Shown here piece by piece: positions 28,921 through 38,734 of a stretch of 64,000 nucleotides of DNA (the stretch's first letter is position 1; the number at the start of each line of letters is the position of its first letter). This DNA is from Candidatus Bathyarchaeota archaeon (GTDB taxonomy: Archaea; Thermoproteota; Bathyarchaeia; Bathyarchaeales; Bathycorpusculaceae). The notes beneath the pieces were generated by a model, which saw only the letters and a program-made list of their open reading frames with translations, ran no database searches and was not told the origin of the DNA. The stretch covers positions 288,001-352,000 of the forward strand of contig CAVTBV010000012.1 in assembly GCA_963733095.1 (NCBI GenBank), read 5' to 3'. Made by a program: the position numbers and the translations under genes.

Positions 28921-30348
28921 GTGCCCAAGAAATCTCGACCAAAAAATTCTAAGCCCAAGTCCGAAAACAAAACAGTCCTGCTCATGACCACGGCGCCCCC
29001 TGAAAATGGTGCATGGTATCTCGGAAAACGGTTGCCTCCAATCGGCTTAATGTACGTTGCAGCTGCCCTTGAAAAAGCAGGTTTCCAAGTTAGCATGCTT
29101 GACAACTACCTTATGAAAAAGTCGCTTGAGGAAGTCAAACAGTTAGTTACGAGCACAAACCCGGGAATTGTCGGAATTACTTGCGGTTCAGCCACTTATC
29201 GGCGATGCATAGAAACCGCTAGAGCTATCAAAGAAGCTCTGCCGACCTGTAAGATTGTTGTGGGCGGCTGGCATGCGTCTTATGTACCTGATAGTTTACT
29301 TGAGACCCCAGAGATTGACTACGTCGTTATGGGTGAAGGTGAGAGGGCAGTTACGGAGCTTGCCAAATGCATCGTAGGCGACAATGAAGCAGTCGCAATC
29401 ACAATACCTGGCGTAGCATGTAGACGAGCAGGAGCAAACATCAAAAATCCACCCACATTCATAGAAAACATGGATGAGATTCCATATCCTGCAAGGCACC
29501 TTTTGCCGCTCGAACTCTATGACCGCACCATTGAATACTTGGATGCCAAACCCGCCGACGTCATGAGCATCGCCCGAGGATGCGTATTCCATTGTGGCTT
29601 CTGCGAAACCCGCAAGCTGTGGGGAAACATATGCCGAGGTTTCAGCCCACAAAGAGTCATCGGCGAAATCAAAGACCTACAGAAAAAATACGGCACAAAA
29701 GGCATCTACTTCATCAACGACAACTTTACCCTCAGAAAAAAAGAAGCCACCGAACTCTGCAATCTCATGATTGAAAACAAGCTGGATTTGGAATGGGTCT
29801 GCGACACCCGCGTGGACCTTGTTAACGATGATCTTCTAGCGTTGATGAGTAAGGCCGGATGCAAAACTATCTGGTTTGGCGTCGAATCGGGTTCACAGAA
29901 AGTCTTAAACCGCATAGGAAGAGACACAACACTTGCACAAATTGAAACTGCGTTTAAGCTCTGCCGCAAAAATAACATAAAAACCGCATGCTCATTCATG
30001 CTGGGCGTCCCCGATGAAACATTAGAGGACATGGAGGCCTCACTAAAGTTCGCGAAGAAACTGAACCCAGACTGGTGCATATTCAACGTCTTCATCGCCA
30101 ACCCAGACAGCAAGCTGTACCAGGAAGTTTTAGATTCTAAAAAATATGATCAGCTGGACGAGTTTTTGCTTAGTGTAAAAACCGACGAGTACGACTTCAA
30201 GTCGCTTATGGCGGTTCAGCGGCGGTTCTTTAAAGAGTTCAACATGACGTCTAAACAAATCCTTAAACGTGTTCGACGTGAAGGTCCTCTAAACTTTGCT
30301 AAACGCAGACTTCTAGGCGGAACACGCAAAAGCACTGGTGTAGCTTAA
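28921..30348 (+). CDS. Cobalamin-binding radical SAM protein #1
   Basis: PPIGLMYVAA, GGWHAS, GEGE, RGCVFHCGFC and GVESG. GTG at 28921 preferred; the ORF track starts at 28903. Confidence 0.9.
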   Translation: MPKKSRPKNSKPKSENKTVLLMTTAPPENGAWYLGKRLPPIGLMYVAAALEKAGFQVSMLDNYLMKKSLEEVKQLVTSTNPGIVGITCGSATYRRCIETARAIKEALPTCKIVVGGWHASYVPDSLLETPEIDYVVMGEGERAVTELAKCIVGDNEAVAITIPGVACRRAGANIKNPPTFIENMDEIPYPARHLLPLELYDRTIEYLDAKPADVMSIARGCVFHCGFCETRKLWGNICRGFSPQRVIGEIKDLQKKYGTKGIYFINDNFTLRKKEATELCNLMIENKLDLEWVCDTRVDLVNDDLLALMSKAGCKTIWFGVESGSQKVLNRIGRDTTLAQIETAFKLCRKNNIKTACSFMLGVPDETLEDMEASLKFAKKLNPDWCIFNVFIANPDSKLYQEVLDSKKYDQLDEFLLSVKTDEYDFKSLMAVQRRFFKEFNMTSKQILKRVRREGPLNFAKRRLLGGTRKSTGVA

Positions 30349-30360
30349 AGGGGAACTGTC

Positions 30361-31446
30361 TTGCTGAAGCGAAGGCTGGGCAGAACAAACCTGCAGGTCT
30401 CTCAAGTTGGTTTTGGCGGAACATGGATATCTGAACTCAGCCTGCCTGAAGCTGTTAAGGTAGTTAGAAGAGCTTTTGATTTAGGCATCAACTATTTTGA
30501 CACCGCAAAACTTGATGGCGACAGTGAAGAAAAAATCGGTTTAGCCCTCCAAGAAGTTAGAGACAAATGCATAATTGCCACCAAGACAGGTTCACGAACA
30601 AAAAGAGAATCCCTCGAAGACTTCAAAAGCAGCCTAAACAGACTCAAAACAGACAGACTAGACATCATTCAGCTTCACGGAATAGACGACGAAAAAACCC
30701 TTGCCAAAGCCATCGGAGAGGATGGTTCACTGCAAACCTGCAAAGAAGCACGAAAACAGGGGCTGGTGGATTTTATCGGTATTACGGGGCATAAGCCAAG
30801 GATTCTGGTTAAGGCAGTTTTGAGCGGCGAATTTGATACAGTGCTTGTTCCCTTAAACGTTGTAACCCGCCAGGCGCTTGAGGAGTTGGTGCCAGCCGCG
30901 AAAGCGCATGATGTTGGGATTGTGATTATGAAGCCGCTTTCAGCTAAAACCTCCACCTTAATCACCTGCCTTTACCAACCGTCGCTTTCGCTGGTTTCTG
31001 ATGAACCAGAACTCAAAGCCCTGCTGGGTAATGATGCCAATGAGATGGTTAACAACGCCTTAAGATACGTTCTGTCGCAGGATGTGGCCACTGTGATTCC
31101 CGGGTTAAAATCAGTCAGTGAAGTTGAAACCGCAGCTAAAGCAGGCGAACAATACACAGAATTAACACCCAAAGAAAAAGAACATTTCAGCTTTAGCCTT
31201 GGAACAAGCTACTGTCGAGAATGCGGACAATGCCGCCCCTGCCCCCAAAACCTCAACATCGCGGCAATTCTGCGATTTCATACGCTCTATGAAGCTTATG
31301 GTTTGAAGGGTTGGGCTAAAAAACTCTACAATAGCTTAGAAGTTAAAGCTGACAAATGCACCATATGTGGCGAATGCGAAGTGACATGTCCCTATCAGTT
31401 ACCTATTGTAAAGATGCTAGAAAAAGCAAAACGAGATTTTCAATAG
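30361..31446 (+). CDS. Aldo/keto reductase with C-terminal 4Fe-4S dicluster
   Basis: RLGRT, GINYFDTA, IATK and MKP, plus CRECGQCRPCP and CTICGECEVTCP. Confidence 0.9.
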   Translation: MLKRRLGRTNLQVSQVGFGGTWISELSLPEAVKVVRRAFDLGINYFDTAKLDGDSEEKIGLALQEVRDKCIIATKTGSRTKRESLEDFKSSLNRLKTDRLDIIQLHGIDDEKTLAKAIGEDGSLQTCKEARKQGLVDFIGITGHKPRILVKAVLSGEFDTVLVPLNVVTRQALEELVPAAKAHDVGIVIMKPLSAKTSTLITCLYQPSLSLVSDEPELKALLGNDANEMVNNALRYVLSQDVATVIPGLKSVSEVETAAKAGEQYTELTPKEKEHFSFSLGTSYCRECGQCRPCPQNLNIAAILRFHTLYEAYGLKGWAKKLYNSLEVKADKCTICGECEVTCPYQLPIVKMLEKAKRDFQ

Positions 31447-31456
31447 CTTTTGGCAA

Positions 31457-32269
31457 CTATTTTTTTGCTATCCAATAACTCATTTCAGGTCTGCATAAAA
31501 GCCTGTAAATCGGAAATAGCGGGTTTGGAATCCATGTGGCATGCGGGTAGTAATCTGTCCGTTTAGAATATTCAAAGCCTTCTTCTTTGAAGACCTTTGC
31601 TATGGCGTGGTGGTTTAGGGCGTGTTCTTTTTTGTGCCAGTAATCTGAGAGGGTGTAGTCGATTGTGGGAACTCGTAAGCCTATGAGTTGGAAGTATAGG
31701 CTGTTTATGATGGGGCTTGAGTGAAAGTATATGCCTTTAACGAGGCTGGCAAGGCTGCTGTGCTCGTTTCCCCAGTAATAGGGCGAGGCTTCATGGTCAA
31801 TGTACATTACGCCGCCCTTCTTTAGGAACCTAGAAAGAGTTTGGAGCGCGGTGAGGTAATCGGGCAAGTGGTGTAGCACCGAATAGAAGGTTACTAAGTC
31901 AAATTTGCCCTCGCTAAAACCCAAGTCCTCAATAGGTGAGTTAAGCACGGTTAACTTTTCTGGTATGCAAGCGTGGTATTTCTTTTTTAGAATGGTGCAC
32001 ATTTCAGGAGAAATATCCGTCGCAGTTACAGTGTAACCCATCTGCAACAGCTTACCCGTTAAGTTGCCAGTGCCTGCTCCAACGTCCAGCGCGTTTTTTT
32101 GGTTGTTTGTGATTTGTGAGTCGATGTTTCTTAGTTTGGCAGTGATTCTTTTTTGTTCTTGCCGGGCATAGACTTCGGGGTGGAGCATTTCGTAGTATTT
32201 TGCTTCGAAGCGGTGGACTGTGATGTTGGCTTGGTGAATTTGTTCTTTTAGTGTTGGAGTGTCGGGCAT
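31457..32269 (-). CDS. Class I SAM-dependent methyltransferase
   Basis: LDVGAGTG motif I, DIS, FDLV...SVLHH and LKKGG. Confidence 0.88.
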   Translation of the reverse strand: MPDTPTLKEQIHQANITVHRFEAKYYEMLHPEVYARQEQKRITAKLRNIDSQITNNQKNALDVGAGTGNLTGKLLQMGYTVTATDISPEMCTILKKKYHACIPEKLTVLNSPIEDLGFSEGKFDLVTFYSVLHHLPDYLTALQTLSRFLKKGGVMYIDHEASPYYWGNEHSSLASLVKGIYFHSSPIINSLYFQLIGLRVPTIDYTLSDYWHKKEHALNHHAIAKVFKEEGFEYSKRTDYYPHATWIPNPLFPIYRLLCRPEMSYWIAKK

Positions 32270-32359
32270 TTGTTTGGCGCCTCGCTTGGCGGGTGCTTTG
32301 AAGGTTATGGTGTTTTCGAATTAATATACAGTTTGAAAAGTAATGCTTAAAAATTGAAC

Positions 32360-32391
32360 AAAAAAATAAAAGGGGAAGGATTTTGTTCCTT
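32360..32391 (-). terminator. Hairpin plus U-rich terminator
   Basis: AAGGA/TCCTT stem followed on the minus strand by CCCCTTTTATTTTTTT. Confidence 0.55.
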
Positions 32392-32397
32392 GATTGT

Positions 32398-35307
32398 TTA
32401 TGGTCGTTTCCTGAGAACCAATATTATGACTGCGCCTATGATAGCGACGAAAACGAATAGGCCCGCGATTGCTGGAACAAAGTATTGATCAGACATCGTT
32501 GGCGCCGAAGTAGGTACTGGCGAAGCAGTTGGATGCTCATCCATCACGTTGAATGCAGTTGTTGCTGATGATGGCCAGTAAGCGTTGGTGCCCGCAAAAG
32601 TCGAAACGACATTGTACGTACCAGAAATGTCAGGCGTCCACACAAGGCTGTATGCTCCAGTGTAGTCAGTTGTAGCAGTACCAATGCTTCGATAGTTCCC
32701 GTTAGAGTCCACAACGTTCACTGCGACGTCAACGCCCGCAAAGTTGCTTGGAAGAGGCTTCTGCTGATAAACATACCCCATCCAGTCCTTCATAATCGAG
32801 TCAGCCGCAACAGGAACACCATAGGGGAAGTCTGCTGCCTGCTGAGCTTGCTTTGTGCCTGCAGAGATATCCAAGACCGTACCGCGAATCACAACTGGCT
32901 GGCCGGAAGCGGCTGCCAAGTCAGGTGCCGAAACCGTCAGAGCGCTGGGGCCTCTGCCTATGCTGTAGATGTTGTTGTCAAGACCGTTCATGCATGTTAA
33001 GTAGCCGTCTGCAACAGCCCAAGCACTACCGGGGCTAGACCACTCACTGGGATAACCAGAAAGCTGCCAAATCAACTCACCAGTAGTCGCGTTAAGAGCA
33101 GTATACGTACAGCCCTTGTAGAGCGGATTAGGTATCGTGTGCTCATTAGTCGCCAAATAGATCACACCGCCAGCAATCGACTGAATAAACGTCGGATAAT
33201 GCCCATACGAAAGAGACAAGCCAGCATTAGTACTGTTGCCCTCACCATCATTACCCCAAGTCCACTTCAATTGTCCAGTTACAATATCGTAGGCATAGCA
33301 TGTACCAGAAAATCCACTGGTATAGAGGTTGCCGTAAGCAGGAACACTAAGCATAGTATTGCCAACACCATAGTAGTCAAAGTCAGATTGACGCGGAGTC
33401 GTGTACAAAAGACTGCCAGTATCCAAACTGTACGCTACCCAATTGAGTGTTTCCTCATAGTTAAAGTAGAAGACACGGTTCTGGAAGTCAGTTGCTCCAT
33501 TCGCATAAGTAATGTTGCCTGGTACGGGATCATATGTCTTCATCCAAAGAATCGAACCAACAGCTCCGCGAGATGCGTTGAGGTTGACAGTGAACATCGT
33601 GTAAGGATTTTGTATGCCGCCGTTGCTGTTTCCTTTGAAGCCAACAGGCAGGGAGCCGTTTCTGCAAAGCATCACATCGCCATAGCTAGCTGCAACTATT
33701 GTAGCTGGGTTTGTTCCTGCAGGTGGTGTTGTTAGTAGTCCTGTGGTTGTACTGTATGTTGGCGCTAAAGGCATAGTGTTGAGCCATGGCAATGAATAGT
33801 TCCAGTCATAAGTAGTAATTCCCTGACCTGCAACACCTATTCCTCCCCGTTGTCCGCCAATAGTGCTGATGTTGATTGGTATGTTTGCGTTGACCGTTAT
33901 CGTTGAGCCGTATGGTACTGAGGCGGGGGTTCCGTTTGGATTAGTGGCTGAAGCTGGTACATTCGGGTTAATTGGAATATTTGAGATTATGACACCATTG
34001 CTTGCGTTGATGACTGATGGGTTGAAACTTCCGCCACCTGTGTATGGGTTAACATCGTATTGCCACAGTTTACTTGAATTCCACTCAGATAGATACCATT
34101 GTGGGTTTGCATTTGTGCCTGCGTTGCTAATTACATATCTAATTTGCTCGCCCGTGGGACCTGCTACTGCGGTTCCTGTGGGAACATTGGTTACATTGAA
34201 CATTGGTTCTCCTGTATATGCGTCAAAAGCTCTTGCAAAGTTGGTTGTAAATAGTATTGGTGGGAAAGTTCCATGCTGGTCACCGTTCCAAAGGTTGTAT
34301 ATGTAGCCAAATGATAGCGGGGGTACATCACTTCGGGACCACAATACCTGTCCTGTTCGGAGGTCAACTGCAGTTTCTGGTCCGCTGTTTGGTGCTGTGA
34401 AGGATTTTGTTTCTGTGTAGAAGAGGACTCCGCTGATAATTATTGGATTGCTGAATCTTGGTTCGTATGAACTACCCTCAAAATACTGGACTCCTTGAAC
34501 CGCACCACTGGGGTTTGTGCCTCCTTCAACGAAGGGATTGCCGCCTACTACTCCTCCAAATTGAAGCGGTCTTGTCCACATAATGTGAGAAGTCAAAGGT
34601 CCAACACCATCGGGCACGTAGAGTCTGTTGCTGGTGTAGCCGCTTAGAACTGGTGACCCTGAGCCTAGCCAGTTGGATGAGATTATCCACCAGTCTGTGC
34701 CTTCACCGTAAATTGGGTGTGTCCAGTAACTGGTTGGAAGCGGTGAACTGCCTAAAGCTGCAGGTATTGGATCTTGCTGCACAGTAAGCGTTGTGGATGC
34801 AGAGCTGCCTAAATAGGAGTCGCCGATCAGAATCGATTTTTCGTAACCGTTGCCATTCTCGCCATAGACTTGTCCGGGATAAGTGAAGTTGAAGGTGTAG
34901 GTGCCGACTTGATCTGGAGCGAATTTAGTAAATTGCGATGATGTAGTGTCTGTTACAACGGCAAAAGTCTGATGTGTAACTGCCCCGTCAGGTGCAGTAA
35001 TGTCAAGCTGATAGTTGTGGAATCTATAGAAGTTTGCCGTCAATGCTGCGCTAGCTGTAGAGGCATTTGTGCCTATGACCGCAGTTGCTCCACCTGCAAC
35101 TCCATAAACAGCGTCGAGCCACATGTAAACGTGTACTTCTTGGCCGACACCTACTGGGTCAGGTGCAGCAACAATATAGGCGTATGTTGGAATATTCCAT
35201 CCAGGTGTGTGCGCGTCAGCAGTTGGTATTAGTGTAATTGAAGCTGCCATTGAAATTGCCAGAATCAAAGCGATAGAAATTGCCAAAGTTTTATCTACAT
35301 TTTGCAT
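32398..35307 (-). CDS. Large secreted, C-terminally anchored beta-propeller (PQQ-like) surface protein, paralog A
   Basis: Signal peptide from MQNVDK (ATG 35307, SD AGGAG), G...W repeats, P/T linker, TM helix and RKRP tail. Confidence 0.85.
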   Translation of the reverse strand: MQNVDKTLAISIALILAISMAASITLIPTADAHTPGWNIPTYAYIVAAPDPVGVGQEVHVYMWLDAVYGVAGGATAVIGTNASTASAALTANFYRFHNYQLDITAPDGAVTHQTFAVVTDTTSSQFTKFAPDQVGTYTFNFTYPGQVYGENGNGYEKSILIGDSYLGSSASTTLTVQQDPIPAALGSSPLPTSYWTHPIYGEGTDWWIISSNWLGSGSPVLSGYTSNRLYVPDGVGPLTSHIMWTRPLQFGGVVGGNPFVEGGTNPSGAVQGVQYFEGSSYEPRFSNPIIISGVLFYTETKSFTAPNSGPETAVDLRTGQVLWSRSDVPPLSFGYIYNLWNGDQHGTFPPILFTTNFARAFDAYTGEPMFNVTNVPTGTAVAGPTGEQIRYVISNAGTNANPQWYLSEWNSSKLWQYDVNPYTGGGSFNPSVINASNGVIISNIPINPNVPASATNPNGTPASVPYGSTITVNANIPINISTIGGQRGGIGVAGQGITTYDWNYSLPWLNTMPLAPTYSTTTGLLTTPPAGTNPATIVAASYGDVMLCRNGSLPVGFKGNSNGGIQNPYTMFTVNLNASRGAVGSILWMKTYDPVPGNITYANGATDFQNRVFYFNYEETLNWVAYSLDTGSLLYTTPRQSDFDYYGVGNTMLSVPAYGNLYTSGFSGTCYAYDIVTGQLKWTWGNDGEGNSTNAGLSLSYGHYPTFIQSIAGGVIYLATNEHTIPNPLYKGCTYTALNATTGELIWQLSGYPSEWSSPGSAWAVADGYLTCMNGLDNNIYSIGRGPSALTVSAPDLAAASGQPVVIRGTVLDISAGTKQAQQAADFPYGVPVAADSIMKDWMGYVYQQKPLPSNFAGVDVAVNVVDSNGNYRSIGTATTDYTGAYSLVWTPDISGTYNVVSTFAGTNAYWPSSATTAFNVMDEHPTASPVPTSAPTMSDQYFVPAIAGLFVFVAIIGAVIILVLRKRP

Positions 35308-35533
35308 TTTATTTTTTCTCCTTATTCTGTGCTTGTCAGGTTTCAATGAATTTGCTTAAATATTTTTCCGATATCCATGCGTTTATCTCTAAGAAAAACA
35401 TTAATATCGATTTATTGCAGTAGTGCGAAACGCTTTAACGAGTCATTTGAAATGGGCTTTCAATTCTCAAGTACTCACTAAAAAACTGTTTTAAACAATT
35501 AGAAGTGTGACAAATTAACGCATTATTAGCTAT

Positions 35534-35571
35534 AAAATAAAATAATAAAAAGGGAAGTGGTTTATCCACTT
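35534..35571 (-). terminator. Hairpin plus U-rich terminator
   Basis: AAGTGG/CCACTT stem followed by CCCTTTTTATTATTTT on the minus strand. Confidence 0.55.
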
Positions 35572-35578
35572 GCTTGGT

Positions 35579-38497
35579 TTATGGGTGTTTTCTGAGCATC
35601 AGCATAGCTAGTACAACGCCGACTATCACTATTGCGACGATTATACCAACTATTCCTGGCAGAATGTATGTGTCAGCCATTGATGGCGCTGCGGTTGGTG
35701 CAGGTGATGCGGTTGGGTGTGCTTCCATCACGTTAAATGATGTCATCATTGATGATGGCCAGTATGCGTTGGTGCCTGCAAAAGTTGCAATAACTGTGTA
35801 GTCGCCAGCGATGTCAGGTGTCCAGGTTAGGCTGTAGGTACCGCTCGAAGTGGTCATTGCTGTTCCGATGATTCGTTGGTTGCCGTTTGAGTCGATTACG
35901 CTGATTGTCACTGGAACTCCGGAAAAGTTGGTTGGAAGTGGCATTTGCTGGTACACATAGCCCATCCAATCGGTCATGCTTGCATCAGATGCAACTGGAA
36001 CTCCGTTGGGGAAGTCTGCTGCTTGTTGGCTTTGCTGTGTGCCTGCAGAGATGTCGGTTACTGTTCCACGTATCACAACTGGCTGTCCAGATGCTGCTGA
36101 CAGGTCTGGTGCGGTAACAGTTAGTTGGCTTGGTCCTCGGCCCACGCTGTAGACTTGTTGGTCGTAGCCGTTCATCATCGTTAAGTAGCCGTCTGAGGTT
36201 GCCCATTCAGTTCCAGCGGTTGCCCACTCGCTGGGGTAGTCTGAGAGCTTCCATATTTCTTCTCCTGTGGTTGCGTTAAGAGCGGTTACCATTGCTCCTT
36301 TGTAGATTGGGTTAGGCACTGTGTGTTCATTGGTGGCTTCGTATATTACTCCGTTGGAGATTGATTGTATCTGGGTTGGGTAGTTGCCGTAGAAGACGTT
36401 AAAGCCTGCGTTGGTGCTGTTGCCTTCGCCGCCGTTTCCGTATGTCCAGTCTAGATTACCAGTTAAAACGTTGTAGGCGTAGGTTATGCCTGAGAACGAA
36501 GCGACGTAGAGGTGTCCGTATGCGATGACGCCGAGAAGGGTTGGTTGTCCTGGGTTACCATAGTAGTCGAAAGGTGCTTGGGATGCGGTTGGACCCCATA
36601 GTTTTTCTCCGGTATCTAAACTGTATCCTACCCACTGCATAGTTTCCTGATAGCTGAAGGTGAAGACACGATTCACGAAGTCAGTTGGTTCTGCTACTAC
36701 TGAGACGTTGCCTGCTGGCGGATCATATGTCTTTGTCCAGAGTACCGTACCGACTTCGCCTTTAGATGCGTTGAGGTTGACCGCGAAGTATGTATAGGGG
36801 GACTGGCGTGTGCCTGTTCCGGTTGCTGCGAAGCCTGTTGGTAGGAAGCCGCTTCTGCAAAGCATTACATCATTATAGTTGATTGCTATGATGGAGGGTG
36901 CTGGACTCATGGTGTTAGCCCAATCCATTGACTTGTTCCAGTCGTAAGTGGTGATTGCTTGAGCATACTTACCTGTCAATCCGAGGGTTTCGTCGGTAAT
37001 GGGTATGCTTGCATTGACAATCAGTGTGGATCCATATGGGGTAAAGATGGTTGATGGAATACTTCCGGGTGGTAGTGTGCCAGTTACACCTGTGATTGGA
37101 AGAGGTAGCTGTTGGATTAGAGCTCCGTTGCTTGCATTGATGATTGAGGGTGATAGACTACCGCCGCCTGTGTATGGGTTAACGTCGTAAAGCCAAAGTT
37201 TGGATGAGTTCCACTCAGACAAATAATAAGCTGGATGTGCCGCAGTGCCTGTGTTTACCAAGTTATACTTTAACAGTTCACCGCTTGGACCCATAACTGT
37301 AGTACCTCCGGGAACAGCAGTTACGTTGAATAGCGGAAGGCCAGTGTTTGCATCGTACAAATTCCAATTGCCTGATACAACTGCAACTAATATTGCTGGG
37401 TAGACTCCGTGTTGGTCAGGGTCCCAAAGGTTGTATAGGTAGCCAAATGACAATTGAGGTATGTTTTGGTTGCTCCAAATTTCTTTTCCTGTGCGAAGGT
37501 CAATAGCCACTGTTGGACCAGTTGAGCTGCCACCCATGATTGGAGATCCTGTGAATGATGCAGTTTCAGTGTAGTAGAGTATTCCCTGGATTATTATCGG
37601 ATAGTAGAATCTTGGTGCATACGATGAGCCTTCGAAGTATCCCACTCCGTAAGCATCTGAGTTAGGATCTGAGCCGCCTGCTTGGAACTGGTTTCCTCCG
37701 ACAGCGCCTCCGAACTGGAGCGGTCTTGTCCACATAACGTGAGAGGTTAGAGGTCCTATTGCATCTTGATGGTACATATTAGCTTGTCCACCACTGCTAC
37801 TCCAGCCTCCTACTGCGGGTGAACCATAACCTAACCAGTTGGATGAGATTGTCCACCAGTCGGTATTCTCGCCGTAGATTGGGCGTGCCCAATAAGCGGT
37901 TGGAAGTGGATTACTGGTTTTAGCTGCGGGTATTGGATCCTGCTGGACGGTAAGTGTTGTCTGTGCAGAACTTGGTAGATAGGTGTCGTTAACTAGCAAT
38001 GATTTTTCGTAGCCGTTACCGTTGGCACCATAGACCTGGCCTGGAAAACTGAATTGTAGGGTGTACGTACCGAGTTGGTCAGGAGTCATTATGACGTATT
38101 GTGATGATGTTGTATCTGAAATTATGGGGAAAATCTGTGTTGTAACTGATCCGTCAGGTTTTATTATGGTAAAATTATAATTGTGGAATCGATAGCTGTT
38201 TGCAAGCAAACCTGCACTGGCAGTAGAACCATTAGTTGGATTGGCTGCAACTGTTCCGCCTGCTGCACCGTAAACGCAGTCAAGCCACATGTAGACATGA
38301 GCTGATTGGCCAACACCTATAGGGTCAGGCGCTGCAACAATGTAGGCGTATGTTGGAATATTCCATGGAACGTTATCTGGAGAAGCTAATCCTGGACCGT
38401 GTGCATAAACATCGGGCATAAGAATCATTGAGGATAACATTGAAATTGACAAAATCAAAGCGATTAAAATAGCCATAGTTTTATTTACATTTTGCAT
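35579..38497 (-). CDS. Large secreted, C-terminally anchored beta-propeller surface protein, paralog B
   Basis: Start MQNVNK at 38497 (SD AGGAG), highly similar to paralog A; TM helix and RKHP tail. Confidence 0.85.
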   Translation of the reverse strand: MQNVNKTMAILIALILSISMLSSMILMPDVYAHGPGLASPDNVPWNIPTYAYIVAAPDPIGVGQSAHVYMWLDCVYGAAGGTVAANPTNGSTASAGLLANSYRFHNYNFTIIKPDGSVTTQIFPIISDTTSSQYVIMTPDQLGTYTLQFSFPGQVYGANGNGYEKSLLVNDTYLPSSAQTTLTVQQDPIPAAKTSNPLPTAYWARPIYGENTDWWTISSNWLGYGSPAVGGWSSSGGQANMYHQDAIGPLTSHVMWTRPLQFGGAVGGNQFQAGGSDPNSDAYGVGYFEGSSYAPRFYYPIIIQGILYYTETASFTGSPIMGGSSTGPTVAIDLRTGKEIWSNQNIPQLSFGYLYNLWDPDQHGVYPAILVAVVSGNWNLYDANTGLPLFNVTAVPGGTTVMGPSGELLKYNLVNTGTAAHPAYYLSEWNSSKLWLYDVNPYTGGGSLSPSIINASNGALIQQLPLPITGVTGTLPPGSIPSTIFTPYGSTLIVNASIPITDETLGLTGKYAQAITTYDWNKSMDWANTMSPAPSIIAINYNDVMLCRSGFLPTGFAATGTGTRQSPYTYFAVNLNASKGEVGTVLWTKTYDPPAGNVSVVAEPTDFVNRVFTFSYQETMQWVGYSLDTGEKLWGPTASQAPFDYYGNPGQPTLLGVIAYGHLYVASFSGITYAYNVLTGNLDWTYGNGGEGNSTNAGFNVFYGNYPTQIQSISNGVIYEATNEHTVPNPIYKGAMVTALNATTGEEIWKLSDYPSEWATAGTEWATSDGYLTMMNGYDQQVYSVGRGPSQLTVTAPDLSAASGQPVVIRGTVTDISAGTQQSQQAADFPNGVPVASDASMTDWMGYVYQQMPLPTNFSGVPVTISVIDSNGNQRIIGTAMTTSSGTYSLTWTPDIAGDYTVIATFAGTNAYWPSSMMTSFNVMEAHPTASPAPTAAPSMADTYILPGIVGIIVAIVIVGVVLAMLMLRKHP

Positions 38498-38734
38498 TTT
38501 TTTCTTTCTCCTTATTTCTGTAACCAAAATCCATGCCGGAGTTAACTTATAAACATATCTTATATCGAAATTCAACCCATAAATTTGGGGTGAAACATCG
38601 CCAAGAAAGTTCAGGAGTGGCTTCATTTTTTGTTTCAATTTTGCTGTTTTCCGTTATTTGGGGTGTTTTTGCATTTTGTGCGAAACGTTTAAGCATTAAG
38701 CACTACCTTTTTGAAGAACAAATAGTGACTAGAC

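Noticed and set aside
28686-28952. 88-aa ORF upstream of radical SAM #1
   Set aside because: It overlaps the radical SAM start in another frame and has no recognisable motif; probably promoter DNA.
35308-35346. N-terminal extensions of propeller paralogs A and B in the ORF track (also 38498-38638)
   Set aside because: SD-preceded ATGs at 35307 and 38497 give matching signal peptides, and the extensions cover UTR or promoter sequence.
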